Positions 27,549 through 40,769 of a stretch of 64,000 nucleotides of DNA are shown piece by piece. The first letter of the stretch is position 1. Each line of letters begins with the position of its first letter. The notes beneath the pieces were generated by a model. That model was not told the origin of the DNA and searched no databases. It saw only the letters and a list, made by a program, of their open reading frames with translations. The DNA is taken from NCBI GenBank assembly GCA_030141605.1, contig JAQGDQ010000615.1, forward strand, positions 63,693 through 127,692, given 5' to 3'. This stretch comes from Tubiluchus corallicola (lineage: Eukaryota > Animalia > Priapulida). The position numbers and the translations under genes were made by a program.

Positions 27549-27916
27549 ATAATGTGTAAAATAAGTTTATATAAATGTTTTTAAATATCTGTATACAAAA
27601 TCTGTATTTATGTAGCAGATAATATATTTTTTGCAATAGATTTGAAATATAGAACATTAATACATGGCTACACGGGCACCGTTTGAATTTTTTATTTGTT
27701 CAAATTATATCGGGTTACTGTAAACTAACAATAAATTGCCAAGATTTAAATATGAAAGTGATTAAGAGCAAGGTATTAATTTTTTGGACAACAGTGTTTG
27801 ATTGTGTTAAGCAAGTGATACGATTTTCTCTGGACTCATAAATACAAAGTAAGAATTTACAAATTCTTTACTCCAGTATTACATCAATTTACATCAACCT
27901 GATTCAGGAATATATA

Positions 27917-28258
27917 CTCTGATGAGTCCAATAAGGACAACGCTGTACTCTGATGAGTCCAATAAGGACAACTCTGTACTCTGATGAGTCCAATAAGGAC
28001 AACTCTGTACTCTGATGAGTCCAATAAGGACAACTCTGTACTCTGATGAGTCCAATAAGGATAACGCTGTACTCTGATGAGTCCAATAAGGACAACTCTG
28101 TACTCTGATGAGTCCAATAAGGACAACTCTGTACTCTGATGAGTCCAATAAGGACAACTCTGTACTCTGATGAGTCCAATAAGGACAACGCTGTACTCTG
28201 ATGAGTCCAGTAAGGACAACGCTGTACTCTGATGAGTCCAGTAAGGACAACTCTGTAC
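27917..28258 (+). repeat. 31-bp tandem array (11 copies) resembling a degenerate hammerhead ribozyme core
   Basis: Unit CTCTGATGAGTCCAATAAGGACAAC(T/G)CTGTA. Confidence 0.95.
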
Positions 28259-28418
28259 TAAGTCTTTCAATAATACTAATACTACAGTCTTCCACAGTTT
28301 TCCTCACTGAGTCTCTGCAAACAATCGTGCAGCCCCATGTAACTGCACTTCCAAGTCACTTATTTACAATAATAACAGCTCCAACATTTCGACTTTCTGC
28401 CACATTTAATGACAGTTT

Positions 28419-31400
28419 TCAAACACTGATAGTCCGGAAGATGTTAAATCCCGTATTTGCTGTCGATATTAAAACCCCCGGAAGTTGGGGATGCCAGTGG
28501 ACTTCCTTGATATCATTCTGACCCTGGAAAAATAACACAAAGTTCTGAAAATTACCATACCTATTTGTTTAGCCACAAGCTACACACCGTTTCAACTTGA
28601 AATAAATCTTATTTTAACTTTCGTATGCTTTAGTCACAAGTTTAGTGCTCATTTCCTTAAAAAGTTATCAAAAATACAGAACTGTTCGCAAATTCCTAAC
28701 ACATGCATCCAATGTTAGCTAAGCAAATAAGAAAAACCAACTCAGATATATTACCATTAGACAAAAAATTTTAAATTATGCAACATTTGATGTGTGTATC
28801 TTACTGCATACTTTCAATAGCTGCTAATGACAAAATTAAACGTATTTCATTCACTTTTTGATATGTGTATCTTACTGCATACTTTCAATAGCTGCTAATG
28901 ACAAAATTAAATGTATTTCATTCACTTTTTGATGTGTGTATCTTACTGCATACTTTCAATAGCTGCTAATGACAAAATTAAACGTATTTCATTCACTTTT
29001 TGATATGTGTATCTTACTGCATACTTTCAATAGCTGCTAATGACAAAATTAAACGTATTTCATTCACTTTTTGATGTGTGTAACTTACTGCATACTTTCA
29101 ATAGCTGCTAATGACAAAATTAAACGTATTTCATTCACCTGATGAATGAACAAAAGCTGCGGCGGAATATCAGGAGTTGTCGTCTCTCCAGATGCCTCAT
29201 CTTTTTCTACAGACAGATCCCACAGTGTCACCTGGTCGTCAGCACCCGAGGCTGCAAACCCTGTACTATCATTGGGATTCCACTCGACGGATGTGAGTGG
29301 AGCCGTGTGGTGTTTGAACGTTGCTACAGGCTTGCCTTCCTGGGAAACGTTAAATCATTATTCTTCACCTCACGAGGAATCATTGAGTAAAAGAGTTTTG
29401 TTAGGTGAAAAATTAAAAACGGCACATCAAGTAACTGCTGATAAGATTCGTTGGGTTTGTTTCCAATGTTAAATTGCCAATAGTGCATTTACCAATGAAT
29501 TATTCATCTCATTCACTATAAAATATCAATTAATCTTATTGCAAACGTCAAACGTCAAAACGTAAAACAGTACACTGTTATACCACTTGTTCAATTCGCT
29601 CATAATAAATTCAAGATTCTGCAAATAAAACTTTTGTACAGTCACTATTTGCTGAAGAAAGCAGCAAAAGTTTCATTTGAAATGAAATGCTGTGCCTGAA
29701 GACCTGTGTTTCTAAAAGTATATAAACTTTGCAATCATCAGTTGCATAGGAGCAGACAGTGAAAGTTTTATTTAAAATGAAATGCTGAGCCTGAAGACAC
29801 GTGTTTCTAAAAGTATATAAAGTTTGCAATCAGCCTGAAGACCTGTGTTTCTAAAAGTATATAAACTTTGCAATCATCAGTTGCACAGGCTCACTGAAAG
29901 CTTTATTTGAAATGAAATGCTGTGCCTGAAGATCTGTGTTTCTAAAAGTATATAAAGTTTGCAATCATCAGTTGCACAGGATCACTGAAAGCTTTATTTG
30001 AAATGAAATGCTGTGCCTGAAGATCTGTGTTTCTAAAAGTATATAAACTTTGCAATCATCAGTTGCACATGAGCAGTTCACCCTGGAGCCTAAGGTACAG
30101 AAAGGAACACTCAAGAATGACAAACCTGAAATTGCCTCAGATCCCAAACACGCAGTAAACCGTCGTCACCTCCAGAGACGATAAACGGCTCTCTTTTGTT
30201 CCAGCTGATTACGTTAATGTCGGAAGCATGAGCATTTTCTGTTGTCAACATGCAGGCTTTTGAGGGGGCACTACGAATGTCCCATATTCTTATAGACCTG
30301 TCCACGGAACATGAAGCAAATACCTGAAGACCCGAAAAAGTTTGCGTAAGTATTTCCAATGGAACTAAGTTCAATACTAACATTAAACTTGTCCATCTAA
30401 TTACTCGTTTCATGGAAATCAATTACCGACAGTTGAGCTACGGATGCTCAGAACAAAGTGTCATCAAGATCTTAATTGCTTCTAAGATGCTGACACACCT
30501 ACAATTAAAGTCAGTCCAACTCTCCAATTAGAATTTTCAGCAAAACTCTGTACGATTAAAGCTTTTGTCATATATAATTCTTCCACACAGAATGCAGATT
30601 CTGGTTGAGTCTGATTTGGGGTCGACACTGCAATGTTTTACCCATAAAATATCAGTTACTATTTTAAACCTTATTTGCTGTAGTTCACGGAAGCTGTGAA
30701 TTTAGGTGCTTACTTCCTAAATGATGAAAGTTTTCTGGAAATACTCGCTATTCTCCAACTTCTCACATTTTTACGTAATTCTACGTGCAGAACAGTGATC
30801 AGGAAATCTATTTTTCAGGACAACTATTTGTATTTTCACCTTCTTACTGAAGCCTTTATCTTGATTACGACTTGCCCTGTGTAGAGCGAATGAAGCCACT
30901 CTGTGTGTCAACTTATCGAGTCACATTTTAGCGCTTTCTAGAAAATAGCGATTCAGCCACCTCTTCACCACAAGTTTGCCAACAAAAATAGGTCATTATG
31001 ACCTTCTGGGAACTTGCCCATAGTTGGGGAACAAAATAATGTGAAAACATCAGCATACAGTTATCCCAACAATATGCAGCCAATTTCCAACTGGTATAAA
31101 CATTATGAACAACAAATTCAAAGCTCACTACAATATTGTAATTATAGGGTTTACATTAAGGCAACACAATAGATGACAAGGTCTTAAAATGGAGTACTGT
31201 ATCATATTTCAAAACAATGTCCGGACAAATTACTATGAAGGGAAATTATCTTGCCTTTTTCTTGATAATATTTGGAAAAGACAAAACTATTCATATCTAC
31301 ACAAAAGTAAAACTGTTTTGGCATTGCACTAGCTTCAAACGTGAGAAAGTTCTAGAGAAGAATTTTTCTTATTTTGCTTACGTACGCTGGCTTCGTTCGG

Positions 31401-34400
31401 AGACCACTGAATGTCCTCAACGGAGGCACTGTGACCAGTATATGGACGCTGGTCAACATGCCATGTGGCAGAGGGCAACAGTTTCCAAAAGTGAATGTGT
31501 TTATTGCAGTCTCCAGTTAATAAATTACCTGAATGAAATAAAATGTAATAACACAAAAAATTAATGGCATAACGGAACGGGATGAAAATACAATGAGATA
31601 CGGTAACTAAGCAACAAGTTCTTTAAAATTATACATAAATATACGTGAAGTTTACAGTAGTGTTCTTCATAGTATTCTCAGTCTCACAAATTATACATGA
31701 ATATACGTGAAGTTTATAGTAGTGTTCTTCATAGTATTCTCAGTCTCACAAATTATACATGAATATACGTGAAGTTTACAGTAGTGTTCTTCATAGTATT
31801 CTCTCTCACAAATTATACATGAATATACGTGAAGTTTACAGTAGTGTTCTTCATAGTATTCTCACTCTCACAAAATTATTTTTTGTTGCATTTCCCATCA
31901 ATTCCAATTTCGTTTAGTGAAAAGTTTTTTTGAAAATCCATTTACCTGTCACAGTGGTTGACCAATCGACAGCGAACCCTTCACACAGGTGTCCCTTGAA
32001 GGAAAACATTGGTTTCTGGCTCCGTGCTTTTTGATCTCTTCCCGACATTGTCAAGTTTGACATGGAGTAAGTGAGGTCTAGGACGTTGACGGAACCGTTT
32101 TCCGACCAAGCCGCTGCTATGTGCTTGTCATTGATGTTAGTCGCCTAAACGCAGATATGAGATTTTACTAGTTCAAGAAATATGATGATAGAAATCTAAA
32201 TTTTTGATTTATTGTTGGCATTCTTCTGTCTCGGAAGACAATGGAGTGTGCGCCAAGAGAGTCAGTTATTGATCACATTGATGGAGCTGCAGCGTCGACT
32301 GTGGCTGAGCAGTGCGATCATTGAACGTCTCCAGGGTGCACGCCTGGGCAAGGTGTGTGGAGATCCTGAGTTGCCCAGACAACAGGAACCCCCACTCTTC
32401 CTCCCTGCTGTAGTCCAAAGGAAAGCGGAGCGATACGTTTGGCACCAGGTTGGCTGCAGAAGCTGCCGGAGTCAGTGAGCATGCTGCACTGGTCTGCCTT
32501 CGGCGCTCGACTCCTGATTTGGAGGGTTTACTCCTCTACACATGGCCATTGGGTCACTTGACCTCCTCCGCCCTCTAGCCATTGGCTGCTTGTACAGCTC
32601 CTCCGCCTAGTGTCGAGATACAATGTGGGCATCCCGCAAGCCTACAGTACCTGGCATTCCTAGGCGGTCACTCATCACAGTACTAACCAGGCTCTACGTT
32701 GCTTAACTTAGGTGATCAGACCAAATACAGTAGTAGTGCTAGTAGTATATACAATTTTTGATGGAGTGACTCAAATGTTATCACATTAACTATAGAGAAA
32801 AACAAGGCTTAAGCTCACTAAAGAAAAACTTAACTGTATTTACGGGTAGCACATATATGTTGAACATTGATTCGATCATTTTAGTAAATCAGGGAAATAT
32901 TAACTAAATATGACACAACGTTACTATACTTCTAAAATGCTGTTCACACAGAAACATTCTTTACTTTCACCAAATATTGTAATTTAGTCATCCAAATGTT
33001 ACTAATAATGAAAATAAAAGTTAAATTAATAAACATTAAATAAATCTAGCCATACTGATTCTAAGACAATCTGGAGATAGTAGGCCAGCTACAGTTAATG
33101 AGTGGAAACAACTGCCAAATGGAGCAATTAAACAACTATGACTCATGTACAGTTTTTTGCATTTGTCCAGTTGTAGTTGAAAGACCAAAGTTGATTACGT
33201 ACCAGCACCCTAAAAGGAACAAGCGTCCAATCATTCTTACCCTTATTCTGTTCACAGCACCCGAGTGTCTGATAAGAGCGCACTCCATTATTGGAGCTTT
33301 ACCGTTGTCATCTTCTTCGTCGTCCGAGTTTTTATCAGTTTCATCGTCGTCTTGTTCTTCTTTTTTCTCCGTTTTCTTTGTTTCGTGTAAATTGTACATT
33401 TTCATAACTAAATAAAAAATCGGGTTTGAGTAAGCAGTGCAAGGAAAAGTCCTTTACGCCACCTCTTCGTGGTGGACAAACTTTCGTAGAATGAAACTTG
33501 TACGGCACGAAGAAACAACAATTAAATGATAATAACTATTAGGAAGAAATCTGCCATACGAAAGCCCAGATGTGCTATCTTATATAGAAAAAGCATAACA
33601 GTAAATAACGCGGTAGTCATACCTACGACACTATTAGCACGTGAACCTTCTATATACGTCACTAGAGTTTCTTAGGAATAAATCTGCCATACGAAAGCCC
33701 AGATGTGCTATCTTATATAGAAAAAGCATAACAGTAAATAACGCGGTAGTCATACCTACGACACTATTAGCACGTGAACCTTCTATATACGTCACTAGAG
33801 TTTCTTGTGAAGAAATCTGCCATACGAAAGCCCAGATGTGCTATCTTACATAGAAAAAGCATAACAGTAAATAACACGGTAGTCATACCTACGACACTAT
33901 TAGCACGTGAACCTTCTATATACGTCACTAGAGTTTCTTGTGAAGAAATCTGCCATACGAAAGCCCAGATGTGCTATCTTACATAGAAAAAGCATAACAG
34001 TCAATAACGCGGTAGTCATACCTACGACACTATTAGCACGTGAACCTTCCGCTTGTGTTCCAGCCACCAGATATGCACTTAAAGGAAAAGTCGTTCGTTC
34101 ATCACCCAAGTCGTCACGGATGATGTCAAAACTCAAGCAGGGTGCACCTGTGAACAAAATTACAAATTTTCAAGAAACACACTAATAGATTTATAAAAAG
34201 TAGTGAAGAGAAGTAAAATTTCTAAACACAATGCTACTGCGAACTTCCATTATGCAACATAATCTATTTAATCCTCTTACTGGCTTCAACTCATTCAGTA
34301 ATACTCTAGTGCTGAGAAATCACATGATTTGGCTTCTTCCGCCAGCTTCCTTGAGCTTGAGCTTGATTCAAGTAACTAATACAAAGCGATGAAATATCAG

Positions 34401-34897
34401 AGTACCTAGCTACCAATATTTGTCAAAAGTTAATGCTGGAACATCATAATCATCTGACGCCATCTTAGTTCCACAACCAGTTTTTGGTCGGACAGCTGAG
34501 CCATATCATGTCACTGGTTCACTTACTGTACATCCGGTTTACAGCTGACACTTTTTGGATTAGATTACTTCAAATTAATTCATGAGGTTCTAGCTAAACG
34601 GTGCACTGCCCCGAAATTCTACCTATGAATAATAAGTTGTTAATATGAAAAGAAATTTAAGCTTGCTTAATTTCGGTGCAGTAATGTACTACTAAGAACA
34701 CAAGTATTACCGGTTGAAGCCTGGTGGTACATTAAGTAAGCTGATTCATCGTAAACGAGCTTTTCTCCCGGTAAGATGTCATCTGTGGGAAGATAAGCTC
34801 TACCAGTGGTGTGAGGCTTTGTTTCAGGTTCATCACCACATTCCATCTCATCCCCTTCCATCGATTCCATAACATTATCATCTTCTTCTTCAGCCAT
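28419..34897 (-). CDS. GRWD1: Glutamate-rich WD repeat-containing protein 1 (Rrb1 homologue), 8 exons, 441 aa
   Basis: Exons 34897-34711, 34147-34022, 33407-33241, 32144-31946, 31528-31386, 30323-30126, 29339-29139 and 28523-28419, all phases compatible. Motifs [50 protein letters not shown] and [11 protein letters not shown]...[10 protein letters not shown]. Confidence 0.96.
28789..29138. repeat. 71-bp minisatellite (5 copies) starting exactly at the GRWD1 exon-7 splice donor
   Basis: Units start at 28789, 28860, 28931, 29002 and 29073. Confidence 0.93.
29675..30070. repeat. ~91-bp tandem repeat (~4.5 copies) in GRWD1 intron 6
   Basis: AAATGAAATGCTGTGCCTGAAGA.CTGTGTTTCTAAAAGTATATAAA.TTTGCAATCATCAGTTGCA recurs. 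Confidence 0.9.
31626..31875. repeat. ~62-bp tandem repeat (4 copies) in GRWD1 intron 4
   Basis: AAATTATACATGAATATACGTGAAGTTTACAGTAGTGTTCTTCATAGTATTCTC recurs. Confidence 0.92.
32212..32721 (-). mobile_element. 5S rRNA-derived SINE, second copy (5' truncated), in GRWD1 intron 3
   Basis: Its reverse complement aligns along its length with ~16400-16912. Confidence 0.92.
33545..34049. repeat. 133-bp tandem repeat (~3.8 copies) including the last ~28 nt of GRWD1 exon 2 and its splice donor
   Basis: CATACCTACGACACTATTAGCACGTGAACCTTC at 33618, 33751, 33884 and 34017 (the last is the real exon end). Confidence 0.95.
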
Positions 34898-37840
34898 TGC
34901 TTGTTCTCATATATCAGTACTTGATTTAGGAAAAAAACAATAACATATTACAAATGTGTTTTTTTTACACTACAGTGCGCTGCAATATACAATCCATCAT
35001 TTAGTGGCAGGACTATAAAATACATACAGGGGCAGACTGAACTCAAGGCCCCTGAGGGACCGTAAAACCCTCTGGGTTTCGGTTTTTGGGGGACAGACCT
35101 TTTACTATATTAAACTGTTTCTCCTATAATATGATTCTGGAGGAGGTCTCGAAAGCATAATGCTCCTTCCTCTTCCTCACAGTCACGCGTTTATTATTTT
35201 ATAATGTAATAACAGTTTGTATGTATGTTCATGTGTACGATTTGCTGAAGAATAAATTCATAATATTAGTAAGACTATTACTTCATATACACTATGTATT
35301 TTTTACATTTACATATTATTGGATAATGTACAGCTAAGAGTTACTTCATAAAAACAAAACACCTGTGCCTGTGATTCTGTGCATTTAAATCATTTTGAGC
35401 ATAAAATCCTATGCTAACCGTTCTCTATGCATACAAAATAATGCACTACCATGATTTACTTTACAGTGTATATTTATTAATAATTTTAAAGCATAGGACA
35501 ATTCCATTCAAAATGATTTAAATCAATTTAAAACACTAAATACTAACTCTTAAATACAAATGCTTCTTTTTCTGCTATAAAATTTTTAGATGTTATAGAC
35601 GAGAGTTACAAAGACAAAATGCTTAAACACCAAAACATACGCAGCATTTTTTTGGTACTCTACGAAAAAGCGCCAAAGGCAGTAAATCTCAAAAAGCTTC
35701 ATGTTGGAAGTATGGGTTTAATAGCAAATCCAAGGCTAAATATGTTATGTTTGTGAAAGTGACTAAGCTGACTCACTATCAAAGATATCGCTCTAAGATG
35801 ACCCACTGAAACAGCAGAGGTGTCTCAGCCATGTACCACTGTCCTGTTTCGAGGCAAAACATCTAGGCTGAGTACTTACTAAGCCCAGCCAATCAATAGC
35901 CATTGATATAAAGTGTATGTGCGTGACCACTTGGTCATGAATCATGCTACAAACATGTTTCACGAAAAAAATACTTAGTGACAACTGCAGCTAAGATACT
36001 CCATGTATGACAGCAGCCACAACATAGATCAAAGATGTTTCCAAATTTACATACATTGTTTAAAGCAATCTATACATTGTTTAATACAGAGTTATGGAGT
36101 AGTTTAGCTTAACAATAAATATACTAATGTTTCTATTATTTTAATACCATGTTTCCGTCTAGTAGCCTGAGTAATATTTTTTTATCACATACCCGACCAG
36201 GAATTTTATAATTTTTTGTACGTTCATGACTTTCCTGATGCAATTATATAAAAGTGTATTTTTTAATTTAAAATGTAAAACTCAATCATTATTATAACAT
36301 CTCTGTTTTGGTGAAGACGCGGCCATGTTTTTCTATGGTTAACTCTCGGCCAGGGATGCCGTTTTATATGGTGCTGGTTATCTTATTGGATGTTAAAAAG
36401 CATCACATTTTCTGCCAAATCAGCGTATTAACAGCTAAGTTATGTTGAACGCTTATACTATAATTATCAGAACAGACGAAAAAAGTGTGAAAAAATGTGC
36501 ATTGAATGTTTTTAAGACGTTACTGCTAACCAATGGCAAATAAACAAACTTTGATTTCAGCTGATTTTAAATATTTTACAATTCAGTTTTAAACATTCAC
36601 AAAAACTTTTTAAAAAAATTTACTACATTCACTATTTAAGTCTAATGAATTATTATATAGTTTACAAATGATTGCAGTCCATTACAAGCATGCAGTATAC
36701 TTTGTAACATCAGCATACTTTGTATCATTTTCAATGGTATCAAGGTTAAAATAGATTTGCAGTTTTTGATATCTAGTCCAGATAGCACAGATGCACACTG
36801 TAAACGAATATGCAAATTTAAAAACAGTCAGACGAATATAGAGGATAAAATCTCTGTACTGTAGCCAGACGAATTTTAGTTACAGAAATTTTGTACGGCT
36901 GGAGAAACTAATAATAATGATAATAATAATAACAATAATAATGCAAACTTGATCTTAACTCTCGCAGAATATTTCAATGCATTTTCTGCCTGTGTTTGGG
37001 AGCCGCTTTTGTTGCGCAACTCAGGTGAAAGAGGAGGGAAGTAAGAAGTTCGCGAGGTAGACAATCGCTGGTTGACAGAATGAAGTTTTGCGATGTGTTA
37101 TACCCAGAATTTAGATAAACGTTCACTATCCAGTATACATAATCCGCAAAATTAGTGCTGATTACGCGATGTACTGCGGGCGCTTGACTAATTATCAATT
37201 AAATTAAAATCTTAGTCAAAATCAAACCTATGGTGTAAAACACGTGCAAACGTCATGCCCATGGCGGCCATGCCAGTTTTACGGACGGATAATTGCAAGG
37301 CACAAAAACTAAATAATTTGATTCACTTTTGTTTTATTTTACAATAAATCCAGATATTTCGACTCAATTTGAGTCTTCTTCTGCTAAACTTCCAGCTAAA
37401 ATAATGTCTAAAAATTAGGAATGCAGTAATTTGTAGCCAGGCCAACAATTTTCTGTCTATATGAATCAATCTAAATTAGCAAAAGTTATAGAGTTAAATT
37501 ATTGTTAAAGAATTCAGTGGTTGAAAGATGTAACTTTATTATTTAAATTTTAGCTTGTTCGTGAACGTAAGAGTCATTCTGCTCTTAATAACAGTTGTGC
37601 AAGGATCACGCCACTGGACCAAGCCATGCCTTAAGATGACGATGCAGAAAATTTTAGAGCGCTAACGTGAGGAGAAGATCACCTGACCGAGCTGAGAAGA
37701 AATGGCTCAAAGAGTAATGTTCGACACTTCAAGCTGTTAAGGCATGGAGAGTTGCAGACTGGGTTGTGAAGATCTAGGCACATCTTGTTTGCCATCTTGT
37801 ATATCGTGCTCTAAGATGAGATATTGATATTGGAACACTA

Positions 37841-38148
37841 ACCCGTGCAGCACACAATATTATCACCATACGGTCACGATCTTGTGAGGATCTTGACAAA
37901 AAATATACTCAGAAAAATTATGTAGTCACCATGTTGGCTCAATATAGATTTTTTGTCCCTTATTATTTGTACAACATTGGATCAATATTATCATCCAATA
38001 TTGAAAACACATGGTTTACATATTATTGTTAAAAAATTCGGGTACAATGTTGTGGAATGTCCAGTGTCCACATTTCCATAGGCATACTGTTTCAATATGT
38101 GCAAAAATATTGTCACAACATTGGTACAATATTGTCGTGCTGCATGCC
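37841..38148. mobile_element. Degenerate MITE-like element with ACAATATT/ACAACATTG subrepeats
   Basis: TGCAGCAC-ACAATATT at the left; AATATTGTCGTGCTGCA at the right. Confidence 0.5.
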
Positions 38149-38819
38149 TGAGAAGATGGTGTATATTGTTGATTAGATGTTAGTAATATTATTTTTGAGA
38201 TGTGTGACTTCACGTGATTGTATGTATCATCATTTTCTTCTTCAGTAAACTTCCTCCATAAAGTTACTCCAGTTTTTGAAACATTGTGAAACTGTAATTC
38301 TATACATCCGACATCATGTGCCATAAACAATTGCATCCAGAGGACTCACAAGAAACACTCAAACAATTATTCTCCCAACTAGATTTCTCCCAACTGCAAA
38401 TCGGATAGAGTTTTTAGGCCAGTTCTCCAATTACACACCTCAAGACTTTAAGATGTGCAAGACGTGTAAAGCTTTCGTGCTAAATATAGATGATCTGATG
38501 GATTTTCTATTGTTTCAGCAATACTTTCCTGCAATAAATGGTTCCGTATTATTTGTTATTCAATGTTTTTGTACTTGATCTCTAGCAAAAGGCTTTACAC
38601 ATACGTATCATCAGTACAGGGACACATTTGTCTCCTGCTGCAAATAACTCTTTATATGTGTATGCTTTTGAGTACTGTATTTGCTAATCTGAAATTTTTT
38701 ATTGGAGACAGCTGCTAGTAGGACAAGCAATGCAAAATTTATGTAAGGCTGCAACATCTCTATTCATAGTTTTGTTGTTTCCTCAGTGTCCACACTATCT
38801 GATGGATGATCAAACATAG

Positions 38820-39350
38820 GCACTAAAGAGCAATGTCCGGTGTGAGACACAATTAGGCAGAGTGAATGTATTTTAAAGTTTTCCTTTATTCTCCTTTTTG
38901 CAGCTTTATCTCTAGTCCTCTTCCTATCCATGTGTTCATTACCATCTGCAGCATTGCCTGGAGTTTTCTTAGCACTTTTATGTCGTCTGACTTTATCATT
39001 TCTTGGAAATCTCTTTTTTGATTTGGTACAGTTTTATTAACCACATGACAATCAAACAGATGTTCAGTAGTACATTCTTCCTTTTTGTATAATGGACACT
39101 TCAAATCTTCTTTAAATGGGCTCTTCTAATTATTCTTTAGTAGTGACATATTTTATTTAATTTCTAGCACTGCTTTTACTTTCCCTGGTGTCAAGTATGA
39201 CATTATTATGTATTGTTTTGCTTTGTCCTGTTCATAACCATATCTACTCCACAACATTTTTTTTATTACTTTCCTTATGTTTTCTTTAACTTATTTCTTC
39301 CATAGTGATTTTTTACTTGCATTAAATAATCACTTTGTTACACTAGTTTA
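38820..39350 (-). mobile_element. Decayed LINE ORF2 C-terminal fragment
   Basis: KCPLYKKEECTTEHLFDCH resembles the C-terminal CCHC-type zinc knuckle of non-LTR ORF2. Confidence 0.55.
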
Positions 39351-39480
39351 TATTTTTGCAAATCGGCACCGTTGGGTGCCCGTAGAGAAGACCCGTTGTG
39401 CACAAACGGCAGCTGCTGTGTAGTCTACCGTACTTTTTGACCGCCCTCTTGCGAACACGTTTAGAGCATGCGCAATTAGG

Positions 39481-39512
39481 CCTTTTGATTCGCTGTGGAA
39501 ATTTTGTCACGT
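39481..39512 (+). promoter_or_regulatory. Probable non-coding first exon of eIF5A with a TOP-like pyrimidine start
   Basis: CpG-richer promoter-like patch at 39360-39480, then CCTTTTGATTCG... ending in a GTGAGT donor; an acceptor at 41283 precedes the ATG. Confidence 0.5.
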
Positions 39513-40769
39513 GTGAGTAAATTATTTCTGTAATTTCAATTATTAGCTTTAATATAATGTAATTATTGTTTTAAACTATACCGCAATGTATTTATTAATG
39601 TGTTTACTCTACTGTTCTATTGGAATTTTTGGTTATAGATAAAATTAAATAAAAATTTTGGCTTATAAATTTACCATGGTTGTACGTACAATGACACCGG
39701 TGTAGGTCGTGACGTTAGATAAGGCCTAGTCAATGTCAAAATGGAAGTGCTTTTTAGACTGCTTTGCCAAAGTTCCTTATTAATCTTTCGTGTACTGTTT
39801 AAGCATCAGCAGCGAGTCCTGGTTTTTGTACAGAATGAAACGTTTCACAACATTTGTTGTTTATCTGTTAAATGGGCTGGTGATTAGGTGATTTAATTTT
39901 CGGGTTCCACTGTAAGAAAGTTAAATGTTCGATACAGGAAAATACATAAACTCACCCCATTTAGTCACATGAATTTGTAACACATCCAACAGTTGATCAC
40001 AACTTGATTCGCTAACTTTAATTTTATGAAAAAGGTAAACAGTGTGCAATTTTATATCACGGCGCAAAACAATTTTATGCGTAAAATGCTACCAGGAAAA
40101 TGTTGTTTTTCTTAAGAATGACAATGTAATTTTATAACACGGTGCAAAATAATCTTATGCACAAAATGATACCAGGAAAACGCCGTTTTTTTAAGAATGA
40201 CTTACATTGAACAATTATTATGGCAGAAGCTTAATTTCACTTTTGCACGATTAGTTTGTCACCGCTTTAGGTATTTTCCTATTCCTAGTTGCAAGGACAA
40301 CAATGCCTGCATTGCAGAAACATGTTCCACGAATAATAGGTGCTGTACTGGATCATAAGAACACATTTCACTTGTGACTTGTCACATTTATCTTCCTTAT
40401 ATTTACTTAAATATAAAAGAACGGACTTCATATACCAAAGAAGGTGTTTCATTTTTGTGTCTGTGCTCTTTACATATAGTGGGTAATAAATGAAAAGCGA
40501 AATTGCTTGAAATAAAGCACAGAACCAGTAAAAAATCCACACCACTGGCTGATATGCTAGACAATAAATCAGTAACCAGCACCCCATAGAGAAATTTTTT
40601 ACAAGTTTGGTAGCTTGTGTTGATGCAGAGCAAAGATTCTTGAACTGATGAATTATAAAAGAGTTGATGAGGTAACATTTTGTGGGAGTTTTTGTTATTT
40701 CTTGGTGAAGCTGAGAATTTTTAGCTTTCAAAATCGTGTCACAAGGTATACAAATTTCCTCTTCATTAA

